DNA of 64,000 nt, taken from Paramoeba atlantica. Taxonomy: Eukaryota > Protista > Discosea. Of the stretch, positions 31,062 through 40,600 are shown one piece after another. Position numbers and translations under genes: made by a program. Where the stretch lies: contig CDRNVI010000003.1 in the NCBI GenBank assembly GCA_977017575.1, positions 310,001-374,000 on the forward strand, in the 5' to 3' direction. The notes beneath the pieces are model-generated. The model saw only the letters and a list, made by a program, of their open reading frames with translations. It ran no database searches and had not been told where the DNA came from. The number at the start of each line of letters is the position of its first letter. Within the stretch, counting starts at the first letter, position 1.

Positions 31062-31748
31062 ATGCTACGTAGTGCAGGTATCTATTTTAGTTCTTTACCA
31101 ACGGGGAACGGAATAAATTTGGGTGACTACGATCAAACGGCTCGAAAAGGTCAGTGGGCAATCCCGACGGACCCTCTTGAAGAATTGGTTAATGTGGGGG
31201 GCGCTAGATTGATTCTTGGTGAAACATTGGCAAATGTCCCCTTTGTAAAGAAGGCATTACATCTAATTTCTACAGCCGCTGTCCAAGGCTTAACAATGGA
31301 AGGTCAAAATCCAAGCGAGTGGAATACGGATCGCTGGAGCCGCCATATTCTTTATTTAATAAAGGTCGGGGTTTTGGAGAAATGTTGCACAGACTCAGCT
31401 TTAAGCCTTGATAAGAGTCCTATCTATGGTCGATACGCCGCCGTATTGAAAGATGAAAATAAGGCTCGGGCAATTTTTGACCTCAGATTTTTGAACAAAC
31501 ACTGCCCGGGAACGGGGATACAGTTTTCTTTAGTAAGTGCAGGAACACTGATCTCTCTTCTTCGAGAGCTCTTAGTCACAAAGTTGAGGTTGCGAATAGT
31601 ACACTGCGATATTAAGAACGCATACTACCAGTTCGCGATCGAAAATGATCTAAGACAGCAATGCTGTGTATACATGCATGATATATTTTCTTTCAGCCCT
31701 GTATACTGTTTCTTTTGCGGGATATTGTCAAGGGCCTTGACTCTGTGA
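31062..31748 (+). pseudogene. Reverse transcriptase, N-terminal half only
   Basis: KARAIFDLRFLN and IVHCDIKNAYYQ motifs; no YxDD or RNase H seen in any frame before the right terminus. Confidence 0.8.
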
Positions 31749-31801
31749 GAAGGAACACGTGTCCCCCCAATCGGATAAAGGAATCCTGCCTTATCTCTCC
31801 G

Positions 31802-31940
31802 TTTTTAGCCGGAACGGGGAGTGCTGGGCCCAGCTGCCACCTAGGCCTACCTCCCAACCAACCCCAAACGCTCGTACTACACGGCCCTCGACCAGTCAAC
31901 AAACCTCCGTTTAACGGCCGAGCCGTCAAACACCGATTTA
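31802..31940 (+). repeat. Right terminal sequence of the YR element, inverted relative to the ICR
   Basis: 139 bp, reverse complement of 27734-27871; ends in ATTTA. Confidence 0.9.
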
Positions 31941-32212
31941 CCCGGCAGGGGTATGTATAGTACGCACCAGAAAAAAAATGCTACATGTAAAGAAAAAAAC
32001 CGCCACATGAATGAGGAGAGAAAAATTGTTTTATAGATTATTTTTCCCGATACGATTTCCACGTTCGTCGGACCAGTTCGTACTTACACACTGTATATTT
32101 GAGATCGACAGCCCATAGGCACTTCAAAAGCTAAGTTTCCAGAATCCCATGGTGACAACTTTTCCTCAGTCATAAAGATAGTACAACCACCATAATTGTT
32201 TTTCACGTAGCT

Positions 32213-32509
32213 CTATTTACTGCGCGGTGAAGCAGTGCCCTGACTTACTTGCTGCCCTCTCACACACTGCTCCATTAATCCCTCTTTGAATCCCGAGAAA
32301 AATATTTTTTCATGAGATGATCCAGGCGGAACATCAGTGGGGCGTAGTAAGCGAGAACTTACTTCCGTAAACCCATCGCGCACACCTGAAGCGTGTAACC
32401 TGCGGTCATGTGCTTCGTGATCCTTCCTACAGATCATGACATCTATATCACCCTCATTTTTCGAGCTGTCCTCAGTTGTAAAGACATCATCCCACGAATA
32501 CGTAAGCAT
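32213..32509 (-). CDS. Small protein, possibly YAE1/LTO1-like
   Basis: HDRRLHASGVRDGFTE...FFSGFKEGL resembles the Yae1 N-terminal GxxxG repeat pattern. Confidence 0.4.
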   Translation of the reverse strand: MLTYSWDDVFTTEDSSKNEGDIDVMICRKDHEAHDRRLHASGVRDGFTEVSSRLLRPTDVPPGSSHEKIFFSGFKEGLMEQCVRGQQVSQGTASPRSK

Positions 32510-33139
32510 TCAAAACAGATAATGTGCAAACAAAAAATCACCAAATACAGGATAGAAAACTTTAAATGATGCATAATCTGTATGATGCAAACTGCAGATG
32601 TATAGAATGTTAAAGGGGGTCTCGTTTATCATTAAAAATTTTTTGGTGCATTTGTTCCTAATAATAATCGATCCTTTTCAACCCCCCAATGGGCCCTATG
32701 CAGTCACTGTGCCACAGAAAATAACAAAACCTTTGACAAAAGTAGGGGCACGATTTTAGCTTACGAAATTATTCTTATTTGTTTCGTTTGGCGTTTGATC
32801 TAGGGCAATTAAGGTGTTACACTTGACATACAGTGGTTTCAAGATATCTTCTCCCCCTGTGGAAATTTGTTTATTTGTTTATTTTTGCAGCATTTTTGCA
32901 GCATTGGTGGTTTGTCGCTTTTTTTGTAGGGACCCCCTGATATCCGATATGAAAAAATATGTTTTTTTAGATCATTTTCTGGAAAACAGACAATTGTTTA
33001 CATTATTACCTTTTTTCATTTTGATTTTTTATCCGTGTTTGTTCATTGTTTCAGCATTGGATAGTCTATCCCGTTTTGTTCATGGGTGCGTTGATTTTCT
33101 CTCCTGCCATCCCCGCAACTACGCCATTCGCCATCATAA

Positions 33140-33228
33140 CTACGCCATCGTAATCATCCTACGCCATCGTAATCACCCTACGCCATCGTAATCACCATAA
33201 CTCTATCATAACTACGCCATCGTAATCA
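33140..33228 (+). repeat. Four exact copies of CTACGCCATCGTAATCA, mostly with 19-bp period
   Basis: Copies start at 33140, 33159, 33178, 33212. Confidence 0.9.
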
Positions 33229-33333
33229 CCCCCACCCCGCTCAAGCACCCCCATCCACCCAAACACCCCCTGCCCCCTCCAACCACCCTCCCGAACTAAA
33301 TAGTATTTGGCTCACACAAGTATTTAATACTTG

Positions 33334-33380
33334 TTACTGGGGGTCAGCCCAAAAAGGGCCGAATCTCTGTTACTGGGGGG
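33334..33380 (+). repeat. 47-bp dispersed repeat, copy A
   Basis: 43/47 identical to 35227-35273. Confidence 0.85.
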
Positions 33381-33484
33381 GGGTCTATTACTGAGGGGCA
33401 TACGGTAGATAAAAAGGCAAGTGAAAATTTCTGAAAACTAAGATTACCACAGACTCGTATAGTACATTACACGTAAGGTAAACA

Positions 33485-34909
33485 TTATAGTGCTGGTGGC
33501 GAATAATCCGTTATTGTTTTGATAAATCCAGGAGCTGTAAACATCGAAGTTGTGAGAATTCGAATCCTAGGAAAAAGCTTTTGCCCATCCTCTGATAAGG
33601 TACGAATTAAAGCGAGCTCTTCCCAAGAGAGCCCCCCTAAAAAAAGTATTGTTACATTCATGGCGCTTTCGTTATTTGTTTCTTCAAGATTGGTATTAAA
33701 ATTTCTAGAAATGGTAGGAATGATGCAATCAAGGAATTTATTCAATTTGGATAACCCAGCAAGAGATGCGCGCAGCATACTAGGAAGTAGACTAAACGTG
33801 GTATCGTCTTCATGTTGTGTGAATGAGCACTTCGCATCTTGAGATTGATTCTTTTGTCCTTGTACCCATTGCGCAAACCGGGTTTGTGAAGAAAATAGTG
33901 TTTTACTGTTCCTTTCTGCCATCCAGTGCGGTATTCCCTCTCTGTTGCGCCGTAGCAGAAAGAGTTTTTCCATCCTTTGTACACTGCTGATTACATGTGG
34001 CGTGCAGAAGCGGCGTGTAAGAAGGTGAATACTTTTGTCGTATAATTCGGTTGTCCAATTTGAAGAGTTCAAGTAAACCAGCGAAAGTAACCGAAGCGAC
34101 TCACCTAGGGATTTTGTCGCTAGTAGTACATCCTCTAGCCTACGCCAATCAACGAAATCTTGTGAAGCGAACTGAAATGAATTATTTCGTTCTCTCTTAT
34201 CTAGAATGCTTTGAAATAATTTTGTATGCACTTCTAATTCTTCTTTATACTGTTGCCACGCAGGAACGACCTGTACAAAATCACGCAATGCGGCAATTTC
34301 TGATTGAAATTTCTCTGGCCGAAAGGAAGATTTGATGTTCACACATGCGTTTTCCAAAACTTGAGGAATTGCGGTAATATTAAGATCACGGAGATCAGCA
34401 AAAAGTGTTCTGCATTGAGATGTCTTTATTTTGGCTACCTTTGGAAGTAACGTACTACTCGTCAGCCCATGGACTTTGGATGTCAAATGTTTGGGAAAAT
34501 CCTCGGTAACCATGCTCTCATGTAAAGAAGCGAGGTAAGTATTAGGATCTCTTAGGACCGTATACATATCCAAGCAGCGATCCACTACGAGGAGCGTTGA
34601 CGATCGGCAAGTTTCTCCTCGATGTCCGGTGTCCCGAGTCTCTACATTGTTGCTGTCTTCCTTCTTCCCTTTCCGAACTTTGTCGAATGCATCGACTTGA
34701 TGAAGCTGCTCCAAATACTCCGCCACATATACAGCCTGAGAACCTACTGCCCAAATCGATTCGTATCGTTCTCCGGTCTCTCGCTCTAACTGCAAAATGG
34801 CACGTGATACCTCATTCAGAGCAACCCAGCAACCTGCATAAGAAGTGTGTACGTAGAAGGAGGACTCTTCTAAGGACAGGACGCTTTCATCTACGGAGGT
34901 AAAACGCAT
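33485..34909 (-). CDS. Sec1/Munc18 family protein, VPS33-like, lacking most of domain 1
   Basis: SVLSLEE, LLVVDRCLDMYTVL...TY, ILFLGGLSWEELALIR...ILTTSM. Confidence 0.7.
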   Translation of the reverse strand: MRFTSVDESVLSLEESSFYVHTSYAGCWVALNEVSRAILQLERETGERYESIWAVGSQAVYVAEYLEQLHQVDAFDKVRKGKKEDSNNVETRDTGHRGETCRSSTLLVVDRCLDMYTVLRDPNTYLASLHESMVTEDFPKHLTSKVHGLTSSTLLPKVAKIKTSQCRTLFADLRDLNITAIPQVLENACVNIKSSFRPEKFQSEIAALRDFVQVVPAWQQYKEELEVHTKLFQSILDKRERNNSFQFASQDFVDWRRLEDVLLATKSLGESLRLLSLVYLNSSNWTTELYDKSIHLLTRRFCTPHVISSVQRMEKLFLLRRNREGIPHWMAERNSKTLFSSQTRFAQWVQGQKNQSQDAKCSFTQHEDDTTFSLLPSMLRASLAGLSKLNKFLDCIIPTISRNFNTNLEETNNESAMNVTILFLGGLSWEELALIRTLSEDGQKLFPRIRILTTSMFTAPGFIKTITDYSPPAL

Positions 34910-35226
34910 GTATATTTTTTCTTCTGCAACGTAAGAATCAAAGTCAGGACTGAATATAAGAAAAATGGGATACTAAAAACCAAACCGTAGACCCCTAGTA
35001 AGAAAATGTGCTTTGGGTCAAAATTCTCTTGCTGGGGGGTATGCTTTTTGGGCCAAGCTGCTCCTTTCTCTCAACTTTTTTGACAAAGTTTCCCTTTCTT
35101 TTCCACGTTTTTTCTTCCGAAAACGTGTTAAAACGCTATTTGGGTTACCCCCGAGGCCCCCAACATGCGGACACCCACCACCTACTCCCTATACACCTCC
35201 TGTGGGTCTCCCGAATCAAATCTTTC

Positions 35227-35375
35227 TTACTGGGGGTCAGCCCAAAGAGGACCAAATCTCTCTTACTGGGGGGTCGACGGTAATACCGGTACCACCTAAT
35301 CGTACTGGGGTATGTCCAGGATATCGTATATAGGGAAATAAAGAGATTTGGCCCCTTTTGTGCTGACCCCAAGTA
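35227..35375. repeat. 47-bp dispersed repeat copy B plus an inverted copy, forming a MITE-like unit of about 150 bp
   Basis: TACTGGGGGTCAGCCCAAAGAGGACCAAATCTCT versus the reverse complement of 35341-35375, TACTTGGGGTCAGCACAAAAGGGGCCAAATCTCTT. Confidence 0.7.
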
Positions 35376-36186
35376 TTAGAGATTTAGCTCGGGGGCTGGC
35401 TGACCTGGGAGGTTGTGTGGGTGAGGGTGAGTAAGGGATGGGCGGGTGAGGACGGCTGAACTGCGGGGTTGACTTAGCAGAAAATCAACTTCCTTACATG
35501 TCGTCGGATACAATATCATATAAGACAATGAATTGGGTCGAAAAATGGAGGTAAAATAATTTCAAAATTTGCAACTACCAATGGGACACTTGTTAAATTG
35601 TGGAGGAACGTAAAAATTGCTCCGGACGATCGCTGGAACAGCAAAAAACTCTTCGGACGAGAAAAACATTCCTCTCGACGGTTCCGCCCAATCCGTGGCT
35701 TTCAAGTGTTCCGAGTTTTTGAAGTACCGTTGTTCTATTTTTCGCAGTGGATATCTGATTTAGACCAAAGGGAGTGCAGAGGTATCACTTTTCCCATCCT
35801 AGTATTAGTATTTTTAACCTTTTTACACATACCTACCTGTATGTATGATATGCATTTATCTCACACATGTGTATGTATTCTGTATGCACACATGCATCTG
35901 TATGCATTCGTCATTTTTCTTCGCCATGTTTCCTGTATTTTCTTGCATGCTGTCTAATTCATAGTAATCGAGAGTGGATCAGTAGTTACAGACTACTGCA
36001 CATTTGTTTATGCTCTATAACTATTTTAGAGCCTTGCATTTTGGATACCGCGTTGTGAATGCAGTATATTCACAGTAAACTAACCGCTCATTTAGATTTC
36101 ACTTTCGATATCGATGACCCAATTGCAATCGTGATAAAGATGAGAGAATAATGCCTTTTTCGGATATCTTTTGCAGGCAAATTCTC

Positions 36187-37506
36187 TTATTCTGCTTTTG
36201 ATACTTTTTTCGACTTTATTGTTTTGTATATCATCTCTATACGGCGTCGATGCTCCATTTCTACATCTGTAATCCACACTAGTCGACCGAGTCGACTGTA
36301 TAAAGGAGATATTTTTGAAGACCGTTTTCTTGTAACTCCTTTCGATGTTTTCATTGGAATCTTGTTTTCGTTTAACTCTACGTCGGGCAGCTCTGGTGGA
36401 GCTTCTTCAGACATAAGAAAAACGAAACCTGATTCAAAACTACGACAAATGGATGAAAAGTAACGAGTCGCGGACGCGGCATTATTATCTTCGTTGCACG
36501 GATCTCGAATGAGTGGTCCGCGATTTAAGTCGTCTGTCTTCTTTATCAGCGAACCGCCTTTTGCAATACGAATACCTACATTTATGAAATTGCAATAACT
36601 TCCGTAGTAGCGTAGCAAATCAACGAGCAACATACCAAGCGTTACTCTTCGGCGTTGAGAGGGAGGAAGTAAGTTGTATGGATGGTGCTGCAGAAAACTA
36701 ACGACTAATAGTGCCGTGGCATAACTACCAAGACCACCATAATAAGTTTCGTTCATTCGTCGTCGTTGAAGAAAATATTTGAGAAAAATAATGAGCGGGT
36801 AGGACGCTGGATATGCCCGAAGCATTTCACGAATGATCTCTGTGTTCGCTAGTCCTTCTTCTGAATTTATGCTAATATCAATACTGAAACTAGTAAGTGC
36901 GTCTCGGTAGCGAACGATTGGCACACGAGTATTCAAGATTAGTTCGGGAGCCACATGCTCACAAAGTTTTGCTGCCTTAATCTCGTCAGCAAGGTCCGCC
37001 AAAGCCTCGTTGACAGGTGCAGTTACATTGCTGATACACAAATCAACGTCACTCATTGGAAGGAGAAGTTTTGTTTTCAGACTACCAAACGCTTGCGTGA
37101 CACTTTCGGGCCACAGCTTTTTGCAGATTTTTGAGACCGTATCAACTATGTGCTTTCGGACACCTGTTTCGGCCTCCGTAGGACGAATGTATCGTACGAA
37201 ATCAATGAGTTCTTGATGCAGAGCTACCCACTTGTCTTTTGAGTAACTTGACGTGATCCATGGAGCTTTGCGGCGCTCATCTCTAGTAAGATTCGTTGTG
37301 AGCTTATTGCACTCATCTTCATCGTGAAAAGAAGTGTCTTGTACATTAGTTTTTGATTGAAAAAGTTTGTCAGATAGCGTAGCCAGTTGCGCTTTGACTT
37401 TTTCTGTAATGGGGGGAGTCGGCAGAGTGTCATCTCCCTCAAGCGCGGGATCGCTTTGGAGATCCCGATGTGCAGCAAAACGTTCGAATAAGCTCACATG
37501 CGACAT
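36187..37506 (-). CDS. Non-canonical poly(A) polymerase, TRF4/PAPD5-like
   Basis: FGSLKTKLLLPMSDVDL, RVPIV, DIS, GGLGSYA, IRDP; likely start MSHVSL (ORF open to 37560). Confidence 0.9.
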   Translation of the reverse strand: MSHVSLFERFAAHRDLQSDPALEGDDTLPTPPITEKVKAQLATLSDKLFQSKTNVQDTSFHDEDECNKLTTNLTRDERRKAPWITSSYSKDKWVALHQELIDFVRYIRPTEAETGVRKHIVDTVSKICKKLWPESVTQAFGSLKTKLLLPMSDVDLCISNVTAPVNEALADLADEIKAAKLCEHVAPELILNTRVPIVRYRDALTSFSIDISINSEEGLANTEIIREMLRAYPASYPLIIFLKYFLQRRRMNETYYGGLGSYATALLVVSFLQHHPYNLLPPSQRRRVTLGMLLVDLLRYYGSYCNFINVGIRIAKGGSLIKKTDDLNRGPLIRDPCNEDNNAASATRYFSSICRSFESGFVFLMSEEAPPELPDVELNENKIPMKTSKGVTRKRSSKISPLYSRLGRLVWITDVEMEHRRRIEMIYKTIKSKKVSKAE

Positions 37507-37696
37507 ATTAAAAGGATAGAAAACGTAAAGATGTCGAAAGCATTTTAAAAATAAAAACATGATGGTTTTCAGTTTTAGTTTGAAGTACCTAATTCCCTTT
37601 GTTACTTGTTTCGTCTACGAGGCATGGTCCTCTATTCCTATTTCTTGTGTGTGGGAAGACAACCGAGTCCCTTATTTCTTAACCAACAATAAGTGA

Positions 37697-40600
37697 TTAG
37701 ACCTTTGAGCCCCATGGACTACGGCATGTTGGACAAGTGCGTAAAGTACTTTTCTGAAACCAATCTATCAGACACCGGCGATGGAACATTGAATGGGTGC
37801 AAACCTTACAGGAAAGCTCCGGAAGAGTGCGGGACTCAGAGTGTACAACTGCGTAACATATCGGACATGGTTCCACACCGTCAAAGTGTTTCCGAAGATT
37901 CGATGTCCACAGCTCAATAATGTCCCACAGAGACATACTCTTCGAGACAAGAGCTACGCTAATCCGAAGCAACCACTTTCTTAGCACCTCTCTGCGAACC
38001 CCGACGAGAACGCGGTGAGTATCCATATTCATCACTGTCGCCTTCAGAGGCTGAAGTGGATAGATTTCTGGATATTCAAACCGTATCTCAACCTTCTGGC
38101 CGTCCGCTTCAAAGATCACGACAACCGCTTCCGTAGACACGCGAATGGTTGTGTTTTCCAAAGCATGAGAAGTATCAAGAAGTTGAGACCGTACGTGGGA
38201 AAGCTCCTGAGTGATAAGTATCGGAGAACAGACCGAACGAATGGTAGAGCGCAAATAACTTTGTATGTGTGAGGGAAGATCTGTATACCATGAACGTAAT
38301 GACAACGGAAGCACTTTGGCGAAACGGTACAACACAAAAGAACTTAGTTCACCCAGAGAAATATCGGGAGTAAAATATTTTCGCATTCCTGTCGTGTGAG
38401 AGAAAAATTCGACCGCTTGGGTGGAATCCCTATGTGACGTGAGTATGAGTAAGAGTTTAACTAGCAAAGTAAAGTCAAATCTCTCCAAGTAAGAAACCAT
38501 TGCCTCGCGACACGATGTTCTATGTTCGTCTTCTATCCATTTTAAGAAAAGCAGCCAAATCACAAGATATACATGCAAAATATCAGTGTTCAGAATTGAC
38601 TGAAAAGCGCTTTTAACTTCTTGAGGCGAAGAGGATCGAATTTCTTCAGCGTAAGGAACAGTTTCGAGTAGCCGTTGCAACATGTCCGAACATTCTGACA
38701 ACGATCCGTCCGAATTTAGCATGATAGGCTTTGTTTGAAACAAAGAAAAAATCATTAGAAAATGCACCTCGATATCTTCGACTGAACGCTCGTCCTCTAA
38801 CTCCCATTTTAACATTCGATGTTTCAAGCCTTGAAGGTAGTTCGACACCATCCAAGGCATTTCGTGCCACACAGAACTCATACACCCCAAAAGCGAATCA
38901 GAGACAAGTACGCTGGAACACATGCTAATGGCACCAGCTATTCTTCGCCGAGTATACCATTCTAGTGTCGTTGCTAATCCCAAAGAATACACTGCTAGAA
39001 AGTAAAGCGTGCAAACCATTATGAAAGCAGCAGTACGTCGATTCGATATTGATTTTGTGAATAAATCTTCCTTCGTGCTCAATGTGATGATGCATTCACA
39101 AGATATGTACAACAAGCGAGAGTACGTTTCATCACATTCAGAAACGAATCCATCAAAGGAATGTGCACGATTCACACTCAGAAATGCGTTGTGCATTCTG
39201 AATAAAAGATCTAAAAGATGGGCATCGTGATGTCTGGCGCAAACTCCTACAGCATTTTGAAGTCCGACGAATGCTTCTAGACAAGAGATATAGTGAAGCG
39301 CTTGTTTGCTACAAGAATTCCAGTCTTGCACATTAAAATTTCGACTATGACGCAGCAATCGCACTCCGAGACCGTCCAAAGACTCTATGCGCGTTTTGTA
39401 AGTATTAATCGCGCGTGTAAATTGTCGTATTTTGGCTCCATTTCCGAGCCATTGCTCATTTTCAGTTGCAATCTGAGTTAACAAAGTTTGATCCGAGATA
39501 TAGGAGCTCATAGTAGAAAATCTGCTGATCAAGTCAAGGATTGCACCATACTCCTTGTGTTTACGCATCTCCCAAAAGTGACGAGCGATTGAGTTGTGCC
39601 AGTGCTGGAGAGAAAGATTTCTCAACATCCACACAAGTATCAGAGGATCTTCATTAATGAATAAATTAGCATGCAAGAAGGTTTTAATATCAACAGAGCA
39701 AAGCTTGTCAAGGTAAGTTAGTAGTGGACCCATACCTTTTGAAGGAAAAAGGTGACTTCGATAGGGAACAAGAGACAATAGAATTGACGCATTCTCCTTG
39801 GTTACGTTTTTCTCTAGAACACCACATATGCGCCCCAGCTTTCTTCTGACCGGTTCCGTATGAATAGGCATCTCCGATACTGTACTCGTCGTCAGTGGCC
39901 AGAACATTAAGGCTTCATCCTGGATTCGTACGATCGATAGACTATCGACGGATGTCGTGACAATGCCTCCAAGCTCATGGGTGCAGAAAAATCGCTCGAC
40001 AAGCCGTTCTATTTGCTCTGAAGAAAGACAGCAGTATTTTGTTTCAAGCACCTCCAACAAAATATTCTTGTGCTCAGGTTTGACTTGGGTCATAATATCA
40101 TCAACTAGTGTACTTGAGGCGGAAACGCTTTTTGAAGTTAAGGCTGCGCGAAAAAAACTAGCTTGGATGGAAGCCCATGAGGCTTCACCAGAAGGATTTT
40201 GCTTGAGATATGAATGTACTCCCAGCAAAACGTTCCGTTCGATATCTCCGTCATCCAATGCTTCCAATATTACTTCCTTCGCCATATCAATTGTATTGTC
40301 TTTTTGAAAAATCATTAAGCAATGAAAGACGGAAAAAGATTTCATTTTAGCGAGAAGATCCGTCTTGCTTTTCACAGAGGCGAATGCTAAGTCGAGTAGC
40401 ACATGTGATCTTTGTTTTTCAGTGACTGAAGGTAATTCTTTCGCACTTAGTTCGGAGAATAACCGAACTGATTCTACAGAGAGATCTTGAAACGAACTTG
40501 AGTCTAGGAAAGTAGGCTTGGCAAAAAGAACACTTATCAAATCAACAGTATTTTGGTACAAAACCTCGTCCCCCAAAATCGAAATACCAATATCACGGAT

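Larger units (their letters stand above)
26427..31940 (+). mobile_element. Tyrosine-recombinase (DIRS/VIPER-like) retrotransposon, internally deleted
   Basis: gag-like, YR and RT ORFs in that order; ATTTA at both ends (26427-31, 31936-40); both termini are complementary to one internal region 27700-27871. Confidence 0.88.

Noticed and set aside
26413-31945. Alternative element boundary using the 10-bp inverted CCGGGTAAAT/ATTTACCCGG as TIRs
   Set aside because: The ICR junction matches ATTTA boundaries exactly; the decamer is better explained as target-site sequence
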